A stretch of DNA of 64,000 bases from Propionibacteriales bacterium (lineage in GTDB: Bacteria; Actinomycetota; Actinomycetes; Propionibacteriales; Nocardioidaceae), in NCBI GenBank assembly GCA_038239485.1, contig JBBSET010000008.1, forward strand, positions 8,857 through 72,856, read 5' to 3'. Numbering within the stretch: position 1 is the first letter of the stretch; each line of letters starts with the position of its first letter. The notes under the pieces are model-generated. The model had not been told where the DNA came from. It worked only from the letters and a program-made list of their open reading frames with translations, and did no database searches. Positions 25,170 to 38,132 of this stretch are shown piece by piece. The position numbers and the translations under genes are program-made.

Positions 25170-25988
25170 CTAATTGGCGCGCTCAAAACCGTTGACAACC
25201 CGCCAGCGCTCCTCGAACGACCGGTACGCCCCGCCGGCGGTCGCGAGGTCGCCGCGGCTGATGGCGTCGAGCGCCTGATGAATGTCGCGCGCGGAGTGGT
25301 CGGATGCCAACTGGTCGCCCATCAGCTGGGCCACGCCCGCGTAGTCGATCTCGACCCAGCTGTCCTCGTGGAAGGACTCCAGCCACGACTCCAGTCCCGC
25401 GAGCTCGTCGAGCAGGTCCGCATCGTCGATGACTTTGGCCAGCGTGCGTTGGGCGAATGCCGCCCGTCTGCGCGCGTCGAGCATCCTGGTGCGGTACCTG
25501 ACGCTGGCGCCGGCACCGTCGTCGTAGCGGGCCCGCTCGTCCTCGACGACCAGCACGAACCAGGTGCGCGGCACCCCCCAGGTGACCTGCCGGATGTGTG
25601 GCGCGGCTCGAGGGTTGTCCCGCCGCCACCGCAGGAACTGCTCGTCGGCGAGGGCGAACGACTCCGGCGGGACGATCAGGCTGACCGCGGCGCTGCCGAG
25701 GCTGTCGATCAGCGAGGTCATCGACAACCATGAGCGCAGCGGCATGTCGACCGGACAGAAGAACGAACGGCCCTCTCGCCGGAGCACGTACACGTCGGAC
25801 TGGCGGACCGGTTCGATGGCGATCGTCGACGACGTGACCGCCCGCCGGATCACCGTGCGCTGCTCGGCCGCCAGCGTGGCGGCGCTGTCCTGGGGGTCGA
25901 CCTCGTCTGCGGCCAGCAGGTCGCGGAGGTCACGGCTGAGCGCCTGGAACGGCTCGTAGACCCGCAGATAGGACGGATACGGCAGCAT
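25170..25988 (-). CDS. Conserved actinobacterial hypothetical protein (bldC/vdh neighbour)
   Basis: ORF 25170..26171 would overlap the divergent vdh start. The internal ATG at 25988 ([14 protein letters not shown]...) gives 272 aa and a 135-bp divergent intergenic region. The position matches the hypothetical gene between bldC and vdh in Streptomyces. Confidence 0.65.
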   Translation of the reverse strand: MLPYPSYLRVYEPFQALSRDLRDLLAADEVDPQDSAATLAAEQRTVIRRAVTSSTIAIEPVRQSDVYVLRREGRSFFCPVDMPLRSWLSMTSLIDSLGSAAVSLIVPPESFALADEQFLRWRRDNPRAAPHIRQVTWGVPRTWFVLVVEDERARYDDGAGASVRYRTRMLDARRRAAFAQRTLAKVIDDADLLDELAGLESWLESFHEDSWVEIDYAGVAQLMGDQLASDHSARDIHQALDAISRGDLATAGGAYRSFEERWRVVNGFERAN

Positions 25989-26123
25989 GATCCAAACCCT
26001 ATCGAGGATCGCCCGGCCGACCCGGGGTCCGCGAGGGGTGCCCAACCCGACCGAGGCATATCGTGGAGCCAGCCGTGGCCGCCACCACCCATCGCGGCCC
26101 ACTTCTGGAGGAAGGTCACTACC

Positions 26124-27209
26124 GTGACCGACGAGACACGCCTCGCTGTCTTCGACGAGACCAGCGGACACGAACAGGTCATCTTCTGCCAGGACGAGGC
26201 CAGCGGGCTCCGAGCGATCATCGCGATCTACTCCACCGCTCTCGGCCCCGCGCTCGGGGGGACCCGCTTCTTCCCGTATGCCAGCGAGGCCGACGCCCTG
26301 CGCGACGCGCTGAACCTGTCACGCAGCATGGCCTACAAGAACGCCCTGGCGGGCCTCGACCTCGGCGGCGGCAAGGCGGTCATCATCGGCGACCCGGCCA
26401 CCCAGAAGACGGAGGCGCTGCTGCGCGCCTACGGCCGCTTCGTCCAGTCTCTCCACGGCCGCTACATCACCGCGTGCGACGTCGGCACGTTCAGTGCCGA
26501 CATGGACCTCGTTGCGCGCGAGTGTGACTACGTCACCGGCCGCAGCGTCGAGTACGGCGGCGCGGGTGACTCCAGCGTGCTGACGGCGTACGGACTGTTC
26601 CAGGGGATGCGCGCCGCGGCGGAGGTCGCCTGGGGCGAGCCCACGCTCAAGGATCGTCGCGTGGGTGTCGCCGGCGTCGGCAAGGTGGGGTTCCATCTCG
26701 TCGGGCACCTCGTCGACGACGGGGCCGACGTCGTGGTCACCGACATCAGCGAGCCGGCGGTGGCCAGGGCACTGGCCGCGTATCCGGGCGTCGACGTCGT
26801 GCGCGACGCTGCCGAGCTGGTCGAATCCGACATCGACGTGTTCGCCCCCTGCGCTCTGGGCGGTGCGATCAACGACGACAATGTCGAGGTGCTCAAGGCG
26901 GCCATCGTGTGCGGAGCGGCCAACAACCAGCTCGCGCACAGCGGCTTGGAGGACGTGCTGGCGCGGCGCGGCATCCTGTACGCCCCGGACTTCTGCGTGA
27001 ACTCGGGCGGGGTCATCCAGGTGGCCGACGAACTGGAGGGCTTCTCGTTCGAACGGGCCAAGACCCGCGCCACGGCGATCTACACGACCACCAAGCGGGT
27101 GCTCCAGGCCGCCGCCGACGGCGGCATCACCCCCGCGGTCGCCGCCGACCGGCTGGCCGAGGAGCGGATGGCGGCGGTGGGCCGACTGCGGGGACTGTGG
27201 CTGGAATGA
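26124..27209 (+). CDS. vdh: Glu/Leu/Phe/Val dehydrogenase family protein (valine/leucine dehydrogenase-like)
   Basis: 361 aa with the motifs [25 protein letters not shown] and GVAGVGKVG (NAD Rossmann fold). Confidence 0.85.
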   Translation: MTDETRLAVFDETSGHEQVIFCQDEASGLRAIIAIYSTALGPALGGTRFFPYASEADALRDALNLSRSMAYKNALAGLDLGGGKAVIIGDPATQKTEALLRAYGRFVQSLHGRYITACDVGTFSADMDLVARECDYVTGRSVEYGGAGDSSVLTAYGLFQGMRAAAEVAWGEPTLKDRRVGVAGVGKVGFHLVGHLVDDGADVVVTDISEPAVARALAAYPGVDVVRDAAELVESDIDVFAPCALGGAINDDNVEVLKAAIVCGAANNQLAHSGLEDVLARRGILYAPDFCVNSGGVIQVADELEGFSFERAKTRATAIYTTTKRVLQAAADGGITPAVAADRLAEERMAAVGRLRGLWLE

Positions 27210-27267
27210 CCCACCTGGTCTGACGGCGCCGGGTCTGATATCGCCGGGTCGGTGAGTGCTGTGTCAG

Positions 27268-27480
27268 TCAGTGCTGGGCGGCGGACTCGGAGTCGTCGTA
27301 GAGATCGTCGTACTCGTCGTCATCGGAGTCACCGCTCTCGCGCGGAGCATCCTCGGCTGGTCGAAGCTCACCATCGCCGTGAAGCTCTCGCTGCAGCTCG
27401 CTGAAGTCCGTGCTGTACTCCCGGTACTTCAGCTCGCGAGCAACCTTGGTCTGCTTCGCCTTTGCACGGCCGCGCCCCAT
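27268..27480 (-). CDS. DUF3073 family small protein
   Basis: 70 aa reading MGRGRAKAKQTKVARELKYREYSTDF, with an acidic tail. It is the conserved neighbour of purM in actinobacteria. Confidence 0.8.
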   Translation of the reverse strand: MGRGRAKAKQTKVARELKYREYSTDFSELQRELHGDGELRPAEDAPRESGDSDDDEYDDLYDDSESAAQH

Positions 27481-27642
27481 AGGCTCGACCCCCTCGCACG
27501 TCTTGGCCGGGGTTGCCCGCAGGGTGCCCGGTATCTCTACAGTTCTTTCGTGGGGGCAACGATACCTGGCCGGGGCGGCCCTTACACCTCCAACTGCGCG
27601 GTGTCGTGCGTCACGGTTGAGCGCCAGGATCCGGTGGCGCGA

Positions 27643-28725
27643 TCACCAGCCCGAATGGCTCCCGGACATCGTCACGCGGGCCCCCGGATCCGGGGTCACC
27701 TCACCGCATACCCAGGCGGCGACGCCTGCTGCGGTCAGCCTTCTCACGACGTCGTCTGCCGCTGCCGGCGGCACCAGCGCCACCATGCCCACTCCGAGGT
27801 TGAGCGTCTGCTCCAACACCCTCAGGTCGAGCCCACCGACGTCGCGGACGAGGCCGAAGACGGGCTGCGGGGACCAGGTGGACCGGTCGACGACCGCACT
27901 CAGATCGGTGGGCAGGACTCGCTCGAGGTTGGCGGCCAAACCGCCCCCGGTGATGTGCGCCATCGCGTGGGTGTCGGTATGACGGGCGAGGTCGAGGCAG
28001 GGGAGGGCGTAGATGCGGGTCGGCTCGAGCAGCTCCTCCCCGAGGGTCCGGCCGAGGGTGTCGACATGGGTGTCCAGCGACCAGCCGGCCTGCTGCAGCA
28101 GCACGTGACGGACAAGGGAGTACCCGTTGGAGTGCAGCCCGCTGGAGCGCAGCGCGATGAGCACGTCGCCGGCCTCGACTCGATGCGGGCCGAGCAGGTC
28201 GGCCGCCTCCACGACTCCGGTCGTGGATCCCGCGACGTCGTAGTCGTCGGCGCCGAGCAGGCCTGGATGCTCGGCGGTCTCTCCGCCGAGCAAAGCGCAC
28301 CCGGCCGCGACGCAGGCTTCGGCGATTCCCTTGACGATCGATGCGATTCGCTCGGGGACGACCTTCCCGCAGGCGATGTAGTCGGTCATGAACAGTGGCT
28401 CCGCGCCACACACGACCAGATCGTCCACGAGCATGCCCACCAGGTCGAAGCCGATCGTGTCGTGCTTGTCGAGCTGCTGCGCGATCGCGACCTTGGTACC
28501 GACGCCGTCGGCGCTGGTGGCCAGCAGGGGGCGGGTGTAGCCCGTGAGCGCGGAGGCGTCGAAGAGCCCGGCGAAACCACCGATCCCGCCGACGACCTCC
28601 GGCCGGCGGGCCTTCTCGACCCACTGCTTCATCAGCGAGACAGCGCGGTCGCCCTCGGCGATCGACACACCGGCGTCGGCATACGTGGGTCCGCCCCCGG
28701 CACGGCCGGGCGGCTCCTCAGGCAT
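27643..28725 (-). CDS. purM: Phosphoribosylformylglycinamidine cyclo-ligase (AIR synthetase)
   Basis: 360 aa with the motifs YADAGVSI, SADGVGTK and DYIACGK. Confidence 0.93.
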   Translation of the reverse strand: MPEEPPGRAGGGPTYADAGVSIAEGDRAVSLMKQWVEKARRPEVVGGIGGFAGLFDASALTGYTRPLLATSADGVGTKVAIAQQLDKHDTIGFDLVGMLVDDLVVCGAEPLFMTDYIACGKVVPERIASIVKGIAEACVAAGCALLGGETAEHPGLLGADDYDVAGSTTGVVEAADLLGPHRVEAGDVLIALRSSGLHSNGYSLVRHVLLQQAGWSLDTHVDTLGRTLGEELLEPTRIYALPCLDLARHTDTHAMAHITGGGLAANLERVLPTDLSAVVDRSTWSPQPVFGLVRDVGGLDLRVLEQTLNLGVGMVALVPPAAADDVVRRLTAAGVAAWVCGEVTPDPGARVTMSGSHSGW

Positions 28726-28751
28726 GACCCACCTCGGCTGGTGCGGCCAGG

Positions 28752-30302
28752 TCAGGGCCGAGACAGCGCATCCGCCGCGCCCTGGCTACCGAGGGACACT
28801 GTCAGACCGTCGACGTCGAGGTGGCTGACCGACTCGATCTCGAGCATGTGCTTGCCGAGCAGCTCAGGCTCGGGCAGCGGCACCGGGTACACGCCGTCGA
28901 AGCAGGCCCGGCAGAGCTTGTCCTTCTCGACCCGGGTCGCCGCGACCAGCTCGTCGAGCGAGACGTAGCCAAGCGAGTCGGCTCCGATGGACCGGCAGAT
29001 CTCGTCGGAGGTCAAGCCGTTGGCGATCAGCTCAGCGCGGGTGGCGAAGTCGATGCCGTAGAAGCACGGCCACTTCACCGGGGGGCTGGCGATACGGACG
29101 TGAACCTCCTTGGCGCCGGCCTCGCGCAGCATCCGCACGAGCGCCCGCTGGGTGTTGCCACGGACGATCGAGTCGTCGACCACCACCAGCCGCTTGTCCG
29201 CGATGACGTCGCGCAGCGGGTTGAGCTTCAGCCGGATGCCGAGCTGGCGGATGGTGTTGCTCGGCTGGATGAAGGTCCGACCCACGTATGAGTTCTTCAC
29301 GAGGCCCTGGCCGTAGGGGATCTTGCTCTCCTCGGCGTACCCGATGGCCGCCGGCGTGCCGGATTCCGGCACCGGAATCACCAGGTCGGCCTCGACCGGA
29401 TGCTCTCGGGCCAGCCGCCGGCCGATCTCGGCTCGGACGGTCTGGACGCGCTGGCCGGTGATGATGGTGTCGGGCCTCGCCAGGTAGACGAACTCGAACA
29501 GGCAACCCTTTGGCGCCGGCTCGGCGAAGTGCTGGGCGCGGAGCCCGTCCTCGTCGACGACGATCAGCTCCCCCGGCTCCACCTCACGGATGAACGAGGC
29601 GCCGACGATGTCGAGGGCGGCCGTCTCCGACGCCACCACCCAGCCGCGTTCGAGACGCCCGAGCACGAGTGGCCGGATCCCTTGGGGGTCGCGCGCCGCG
29701 TACAACGTGCCTTGGTCCATGAAGACGAAGCAGAAGGCCCCCGCCAGCGTTGGGAGTACCTCTAGCGCCGCCGCCTCGAGACTGCGGTCGGGGTAGGAGG
29801 CGAGCAGCGCGGTGACGATGTCGGTGTCCGTCGAGGCGTCGGGCTGGTACGACGGAAGGTCCAGCTGGCCGTTCGTGCCGGCGAGGACCTCGACCCTGGC
29901 GGCGAGCTCGCCGGTGTTGGTCAGGTTGCCGTTGTGACCCAGCGCGATCGAGCCCGTCGGAGTGGAGCGGAAGGTCGGCTGGGCGTTGCGCCACACGCTC
30001 GAGCCGGTCGTCGAGTACCGCGAGTGGCCGATCGCGACGTGGCCTTTCAGGGAGTCGAGCGTCGACTCGTCGAACACCTGCGAGACCAGGCCCATGTCCT
30101 TGTAGACCAGGATCTGACGACCGTTGCCGACGGCGATCCCGGCGGACTCCTGGCCGCGGTGCTGGAGCGCGTACAGCCCGAAGTACGTCAGCTTGGCAAC
30201 GTCCTCGCCGGGAGCCCACACGCCGAAGACTCCACAGGAGTCCTGGGGTCCGCGGTCGTGAGGATCGAGATCGTGGGTCAGACGCCCATCTCCGCGAGGC
30301 AC
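28752..30302 (-). CDS. purF: Amidophosphoribosyltransferase
   Basis: 516 aa with an Ntn Cys (SCGVFGVW), GHSRYSTTG, and the PRTase motif VVVDDSIVRGNT. Confidence 0.93.
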   Translation of the reverse strand: MPRGDGRLTHDLDPHDRGPQDSCGVFGVWAPGEDVAKLTYFGLYALQHRGQESAGIAVGNGRQILVYKDMGLVSQVFDESTLDSLKGHVAIGHSRYSTTGSSVWRNAQPTFRSTPTGSIALGHNGNLTNTGELAARVEVLAGTNGQLDLPSYQPDASTDTDIVTALLASYPDRSLEAAALEVLPTLAGAFCFVFMDQGTLYAARDPQGIRPLVLGRLERGWVVASETAALDIVGASFIREVEPGELIVVDEDGLRAQHFAEPAPKGCLFEFVYLARPDTIITGQRVQTVRAEIGRRLAREHPVEADLVIPVPESGTPAAIGYAEESKIPYGQGLVKNSYVGRTFIQPSNTIRQLGIRLKLNPLRDVIADKRLVVVDDSIVRGNTQRALVRMLREAGAKEVHVRIASPPVKWPCFYGIDFATRAELIANGLTSDEICRSIGADSLGYVSLDELVAATRVEKDKLCRACFDGVYPVPLPEPELLGKHMLEIESVSHLDVDGLTVSLGSQGAADALSRP

Positions 30303-30388
30303 CCCCGCAGTCTACGGGGTCGAGGGGTCCGCGCGGAGACCATCCCGCGACGGGCGGGCGGGTGGCAGGCTGGCGGGCGTGACAGTGA

Positions 30389-31738
30389 TCACAGGCCGGT
30401 GACCCCTGTCGGAGCGAGGGTGGCCAGCAGGAGCGCCTCGGCGAGGCAGACACGTGCGAACTCCGCCAGGTGCAGTCCTTCGTTGGCCCCGTGTGCGCGC
30501 GTGTCAGGGTCCTCGACGCCGGTCACGAGGATGGCAGCGTCGGGGTAGACCTCGGCGAAGGCCGCGATGAACGGGATGGACCCCCCGACGCCGATGTCCA
30601 CCGGCCTGACCCCGTCCCACGCCTCGGTGAAGGCTGCGCGAACGGCGTCGTAGGCGGGCCCGTCGGCGGCGATGGCGAACGGCTCACCCAAGTCGCCGTC
30701 GGTCACCGTCACCTCGGCGCCCCACGGAGCGTGGACGACCAGGTGGTCACGTAGGGCGATGAGCGACATCGCGGCGTCGTCTCCGGGTGCCAGGCGCAGG
30801 CTGATCTTGGCCCGGGAGGCCGGGATCAGGGTGTTGCTCGCGTCGGCGACACTCGTCGCGTCGAGCCCGATGACGGCCACCGCCGGACGGGCCCAGAGCC
30901 TGTCGACGATGCTTCCGCTGCCGACGAGTTGGACGCCGTCTCGCACCCCCGCCTCGGCTCGAAGCCGGTCCTCGGGATAGTCCAGCTGCGCGGCCGACGA
31001 GGACGTCAGCCCCGCGATGGCAACGTTGCCCTCGTCGTCGTGCAACGTCGCGAGCAGCCGGCACAGAGCTGTGAGCGCGTCGGGGACGACTCCTCCCCAC
31101 ATGCCAGAGTGGACGGCGTGGTCGAGGGTGCGCACCTCGACCACGCAGTCGGCCAGCCCGCGCAGGGAGACCGTCAGCGCGGGTGTGCCGATGTCCCAGT
31201 TGGTGGAGTCAGCGATCACGATGACGTCGCTGCGGAGCAGCTCGCGATGCTCGTCGAGCAGGGCGTCGAGGGTGGGAGACCCGATCTCCTCCTCCCCTTC
31301 GACGAAGACGGTGACACCGACAGCCAGGTCGTCGCCGAGTGCCCTGACGGCGGCCAGATGAGCGGCGATGCCCGCCTTGTCGTCGGCCGCGCCGCGACCG
31401 AACAGCCGGCCGTCCCGCTCGGTGGGCTCGAAGGGCTCTGACTGCCAGTCGTCATGGACGCCCTCGGGCTGGACGTCGTGGTGGGCGTACAGCAGCACGG
31501 TCGGCGTCCCGGGCGGCGCCGGCTTCCGCGCGACAACCGCAGGCAGGCCACCAGGGGCGGTCAGGATGTCGACGTCGAAGCCCTCGTCGCGGAAGAGGGT
31601 CGCGGTGGCGTCGGCCGAGCGACGTACCTCGTCGTGCCTGGCGGGATCGGCGCTGACGGACTCGATCCGGACCAGCCTCTCGAGGTCGCGCCGGACAGCC
31701 GGGAGGACGGCTGCAACGGCCGCTCTGAGATCGCGCAT
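30389..31738 (-). CDS. M20 family dipeptidase/metallo-hydrolase
   Basis: 449 aa with the motifs LLYAHHDVQP, GRGAADDKAG and VFVEGEEEIGS. Confidence 0.85.
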   Translation of the reverse strand: MRDLRAAVAAVLPAVRRDLERLVRIESVSADPARHDEVRRSADATATLFRDEGFDVDILTAPGGLPAVVARKPAPPGTPTVLLYAHHDVQPEGVHDDWQSEPFEPTERDGRLFGRGAADDKAGIAAHLAAVRALGDDLAVGVTVFVEGEEEIGSPTLDALLDEHRELLRSDVIVIADSTNWDIGTPALTVSLRGLADCVVEVRTLDHAVHSGMWGGVVPDALTALCRLLATLHDDEGNVAIAGLTSSSAAQLDYPEDRLRAEAGVRDGVQLVGSGSIVDRLWARPAVAVIGLDATSVADASNTLIPASRAKISLRLAPGDDAAMSLIALRDHLVVHAPWGAEVTVTDGDLGEPFAIAADGPAYDAVRAAFTEAWDGVRPVDIGVGGSIPFIAAFAEVYPDAAILVTGVEDPDTRAHGANEGLHLAEFARVCLAEALLLATLAPTGVTGL

Positions 31739-31759
31739 CCGGTGACCTTAGCGCCCGCG

Positions 31760-32161
31760 TCATACGAGGGGGAGCTGGTCGGTGAGGTCCGAGCGCTCGC
31801 CCGACGCCCGTACCGCTCCGCGGGACGCAGCCTCGCGGAAGGTGGTCCGGCCCCTCGCCAGCGCGAGCCAGGTCGCGGCGTCCATCTCGACCACGGCAGG
31901 CGGGGTGCCTCTGGTGTGGCGAGCACCCTGGACACATTGGACAGCGGCATACGGCGGAACCCGGACTTCGACGCTCTTGCCCGGGTACTGCTGCGCGAGC
32001 CGCGCGAGGAAGTGCTTCACCGCGGCGCGGGTGTCGTCGTCGGAAGGGCCGGCGGGTTGGTCGGGGTGGTCGATTCGCTGCAGCAACGCCGCGAGCTCGG
32101 CGGGCCGGAGCGGACGCAGGCGCACGGGCACGTCCGTGAGCCTAACTTCCCGCTCGCACAT
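31760..32161 (-). CDS. Sterol carrier (SCP2-like) family protein
   Basis: 133 aa. The family is commonly annotated next to pur genes in actinobacteria (TRAAVKHFLARLAQQYPGKSVEVRVPPYAAVQCV). Confidence 0.65.
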   Translation of the reverse strand: MCEREVRLTDVPVRLRPLRPAELAALLQRIDHPDQPAGPSDDDTRAAVKHFLARLAQQYPGKSVEVRVPPYAAVQCVQGARHTRGTPPAVVEMDAATWLALARGRTTFREAASRGAVRASGERSDLTDQLPLV

Positions 32162-32384
32162 GTTGGGCCACTACCACCGCCGGGCGGCTGGGAACGTGCG
32201 CTCTGACCTAGTGTTGCCGATCGGTCACTCTTCGTCGATAAAGAGATGTTATCGGATAGAACAGTGGGATTTCAGTTATCTTCGGGGCTGAGTATCTGTC
32301 AACCAGGACCTCCCTATGAGTTTCCTGGCCGCAGCAAAGAGCCGCACCATTTTCCACCACACCCAACTCCGTCGAAAGAGCATC

Positions 32385-33656
32385 ATGAGACTCAACAAGC
32401 TTGTCATCGGCCTGGGGACCGTCTGCTTGGCGGTGGCCACTGTGGCACCGGCCATGGCGACCAGCGTGTCCCTGCCCGCTGTCGTCACCGCCACCCCGGC
32501 CACCTTCACCCCGCAAGTCGATGACAGCGCTGCCGTCAGCCATTCGGCGGTCTACGCCGTCGAGCCCAGCCCGGACGGCACCACCATGTTCACCGGGGGT
32601 GACTTCACCCAGGTCGCTGACAAGAACGACGCCAACCCGGTGACCCGCACCGACGTGTTCAGCTTCAGCGCCAGCACCGGAGCCTTGACCACCTTCGCCC
32701 CGGTCCTCGACGGGCCGGTGTGGGCGATCGCCTTCTCCGGCGCTGACGTCTACGTGGCGGGCAGTTTCACCCATGTCAACGGCCAGGCTCGCCGGGGCAT
32801 CGCCGAACTCGACGCCAGCACCGGAGCGCTGATCCCCGCCTTCAACGCCGGTCTCAAGACCGGCGGTGTCACCCAGGTCCGGCTGGTCGCCAACCGGCTG
32901 ATCATCGGTGGCGACTTCGCCAACAAGCTGCTTGCCATCGACCCGGTCACCGGGGCCGACACCGGCTATATCGAGATCCCCATCACCGGCCAGGTGGCCG
33001 CCAACACCGGCAACGCCAATGTCTACCGGTTCGCGGTGAGCCCTGACGGCACCCGCCTGGTCGCCATCGGGAACTTCACCACGGTGGGCACCAGCACCCG
33101 CTGGCGCGCGTTCATGCTCGACCTGGGCCCCACGACGACCACGTTGGACCCGTGGTACTACCAGAACCTGGTGAACCACTGCAAGGCCAGGACCGAGTCG
33201 GCCAACCTGCGCGACGTTGACTTCGCCCCGGACGGGTCCTACTTCGTCCTCGTGGCCACCGGCTATCTGCCGCTGAACCCCGGTGACATCTGTGACGCCG
33301 CTGCCAAGTTCTCTACAACCGCCACGGCCCCCTATGCCCCGGACTGGATCAACTACACCGGTGGCGACACCTTCCATTCGGTCGCGGTGACCACCAGCGC
33401 CGTCTACGTCCAGGGGCACTTTCGCTGGCTCGACAACCCCGGTGGCAACGACTCCTGCGGCCCGGGCTGCCAGCCCCGGATGGGGATCGGTGCGATCGAT
33501 CCCACCTCCGGGCAGGCGCTGAGCTGGAACCCGGGGAAGACCCGAGGGGTCGGCGGCAAGGATCTGACCATCACTCCCCAAGGTCTGTGGGTGGGCTCTG
33601 ACGGTGCCCGGATCGCCGGCAAGCAGCACAAGGATCTAGCCCTGATGCCCGAGTAG
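32385..33656 (+). CDS. Secreted beta-propeller-like repeat protein, unknown function (paralog of 51568..52893)
   Basis: A signal peptide (MRLNKLVIGLGTVCLAVATVAPAMA) starts at ATG 32385, inside ORF 32316..33656. Repeated xVYVxGxFT...G motifs are present. The protein is roughly 40-45% identical by eye to the second copy. Confidence 0.75.
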   Translation: MRLNKLVIGLGTVCLAVATVAPAMATSVSLPAVVTATPATFTPQVDDSAAVSHSAVYAVEPSPDGTTMFTGGDFTQVADKNDANPVTRTDVFSFSASTGALTTFAPVLDGPVWAIAFSGADVYVAGSFTHVNGQARRGIAELDASTGALIPAFNAGLKTGGVTQVRLVANRLIIGGDFANKLLAIDPVTGADTGYIEIPITGQVAANTGNANVYRFAVSPDGTRLVAIGNFTTVGTSTRWRAFMLDLGPTTTTLDPWYYQNLVNHCKARTESANLRDVDFAPDGSYFVLVATGYLPLNPGDICDAAAKFSTTATAPYAPDWINYTGGDTFHSVAVTTSAVYVQGHFRWLDNPGGNDSCGPGCQPRMGIGAIDPTSGQALSWNPGKTRGVGGKDLTITPQGLWVGSDGARIAGKQHKDLALMPE

Positions 33657-33748
33657 TCCCCACGACCGCCATACCTCCCCTTCTCGTCGGCGTCCGGGAG
33701 AGGCCCTCCACCCTTGCACCTGTACCAAGACCTTCGGGAAGGAACCCC

Positions 33749-34519
33749 ATGCGCAACAAGACCAAGCTCAGTGCCCTCGTGATCACAGCGACCGTTGTGA
33801 TGGCTCTCGGGGCCAACAACGCCTATGCCAGCACCCCGCCACCCCCGCCGCCGACCCCGACCATCGTGGCCGACTGGGAGATGAACGACGCTCCCGGCAC
33901 CACGGTGATGACCGACTCAGGTCCGAACCACCTCAATGGCACGGTGTCGCCTGGCAACCAGCCAGGCACCAACGGCGTCAACGCCACCGGCACCTACTTC
34001 CACTGGCAGTTCCGCTGCCCGGCGTGCGCTCCGGTGGACGACACGCGGGTGATCGAAGTGCCGGACCCGCTCAACCTGACCGAGCCCGTCGATCCCGCGA
34101 TCACCTACGCGCTGGAGTTCATGATCCGCACCAACCACTCGGCGGGGAACGTGATGCAGAAGGGTCACTCCACCACCGCTGGTGGGCAGATCAAGGTCCA
34201 GAACGTCGCTGGCAACGTCCAGTGCCTGTTCAAGGGTGCCAGCGGTGTCAGGGTCGGTACCGGCTCGTCCAAGGTCGCCCCCCTCAACGACAACCTCTGG
34301 CACGACGTCAGGTGTGTGCACACCGCCACCAAAGTGCAGGAGTACGTGGACGGGGTGCTGGTGGCCACCAAGAACGGCAGCACCGGGCCGATCACCAACA
34401 CTGCCAACTTCACCATCGGCGGCAAGACCCAGTGCGACCAGGTCAAGATCACCTGCGACTACTACTCCGGCGACCTGGACGGCGTGACCATCTCCACAGA
34501 CGCCGCCCCTGTCGGCTGA
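33749..34519 (+). CDS. Secreted LamG/concanavalin-A-like lectin-fold protein
   Basis: 256 aa with a signal peptide and a poly-Pro linker. The ending LWHDVRCVH...VQEYVDGVLV...FTIGGK...YSGDLDGVTIS is typical of LamG-like jellyroll domains. Confidence 0.7.
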   Translation: MRNKTKLSALVITATVVMALGANNAYASTPPPPPPTPTIVADWEMNDAPGTTVMTDSGPNHLNGTVSPGNQPGTNGVNATGTYFHWQFRCPACAPVDDTRVIEVPDPLNLTEPVDPAITYALEFMIRTNHSAGNVMQKGHSTTAGGQIKVQNVAGNVQCLFKGASGVRVGTGSSKVAPLNDNLWHDVRCVHTATKVQEYVDGVLVATKNGSTGPITNTANFTIGGKTQCDQVKITCDYYSGDLDGVTISTDAAPVG

Positions 34520-34620
34520 CCCTGCGACGACCTTGATCAGCCATTGAGGTCCGCTTTGATACTTCTCCTGTATATTCGCGACATTCAGTGACCTTCCCTA
34601 CGAAAGAGACGAATCTTCCT

Positions 34621-35628
34621 ATGATCCGCCCCCTTCGTTTCATGCTGACACTGGTGATGGCCGTTGCCGTGGTGATGCTGACTCTGTCGTTCGGTCCGCT
34701 CTCCGGCGTGACGCTGGCCAGGGCCCACGCCGCTGCCGGCGACATCGTCGTCGGGGCAGTGGGCGACATGGCCTGCGACTCCTCCGACCCGGCCTTCAAC
34801 GGTGGAGCTGGCACGCCAGGGAACTGCGCTGAGCAGCGGACCTCCGACCAGATGCTCGGCGATCCTGCGATCGGGTCCGTGCTGGGCCTCGGGGACTACC
34901 AGTACGACTGCGGTGACATCAGCGACTACCAGGTCTCCTACAACCCCACCTGGGGGCGTCTGGACAACCGGATGGATCCGGTCGCCGGGAACCACGAGTA
35001 CAAGACCGGCAACGACGTATACGGCCGGCCGTGCCCGACGACGAACAAGACCGCCGCCAACTTCTTCACCCACTTCGGGGCTTCGGCGCACCCCGAGACC
35101 AACGGCCACTTCTCGTTCGACCTCGGCAGCTGGCATCTGATCGGGCTGAACGCCAACTGCGCCAACCAGTCCACTGGCGGCTGTACCGACACCTCAGCTC
35201 AGACGACCTGGCTCAAGGCCGACCTGGCCTCGACCACCCAGCCCTGCATCCTCGCCTTCTGGCACCAGCCGTTGTTCACCGGTCTGGCCAACAACCGTGG
35301 CTGGAACCGGACGTACCAGCCGTGGTGGAACACCTTGCAGGCAGCCGGGGCCGATGTGGTCCTGAACGGACACATCCACAACTACCAGCGCTACCCGGCC
35401 CTGGATGCCAACGGCAACCAGACCTCCGCCGGCATAACCGAATACGTTGTCGGTACCGGCGGGGAGAAGCAGGTCGCCGTCTCCTCGGCGGCAACTGTGG
35501 ACCCGATCACCTGGCGCAAGTCCTTCGGGTATCTGCGGATGACGCTGCTGCCCACCGGCTGGACTGCGGACTTCGTCAGTGACTCAGGTCAGGTTCTCGA
35601 CTCGAGTGCGGGAGCCTGCCATCTCTGA
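34621..35628 (+). CDS. Secreted calcineurin-like metallophosphoesterase
   Basis: A signal peptide starts at ATG 34621; an alternative GTG lies at 34588. Metallophosphoesterase motifs are present: GAVGDMAC, GDYQY, GNHEY, ILAFWHQP and LNGHIHNYQR. Confidence 0.8.
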   Translation: MIRPLRFMLTLVMAVAVVMLTLSFGPLSGVTLARAHAAAGDIVVGAVGDMACDSSDPAFNGGAGTPGNCAEQRTSDQMLGDPAIGSVLGLGDYQYDCGDISDYQVSYNPTWGRLDNRMDPVAGNHEYKTGNDVYGRPCPTTNKTAANFFTHFGASAHPETNGHFSFDLGSWHLIGLNANCANQSTGGCTDTSAQTTWLKADLASTTQPCILAFWHQPLFTGLANNRGWNRTYQPWWNTLQAAGADVVLNGHIHNYQRYPALDANGNQTSAGITEYVVGTGGEKQVAVSSAATVDPITWRKSFGYLRMTLLPTGWTADFVSDSGQVLDSSAGACHL

Positions 35629-35689
35629 GCTGTCAAGGCGATGAATGCTGACCCCTTCTACGCTGGCGATTGCGTGAGGACCCGGTCCG

Positions 35690-37969
<2,280 letters not shown>

Positions 37970-38132
37970 CAGGCTCCCGATCGTCAAGTGCTGGCGCGGC
38001 TGGGTCGTCGTACGCGGTTGACGTGCCAACGCTACCAACGGCTAGCCGGCGCCCGAGCCGCTGGCAGTGGCGGCGGGCCGGGTTATCGGGTGGGATTATC
38101 GGGTGGCGGCGATCTCGCCGCCACCGACCGGG

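Noticed and set aside
32208-33629. 473-aa minus-strand ORF
   Set aside because: It is antisense to the signal-peptide-bearing beta-propeller-like gene, whose paralog at 51568 supports the plus-strand frame.
34540-34620. Promoter upstream of the metallophosphoesterase gene (TTGATA ... TATATT)
   Set aside because: The hexamer spacing is only 9 nt. Other combinations give poor -10 elements.
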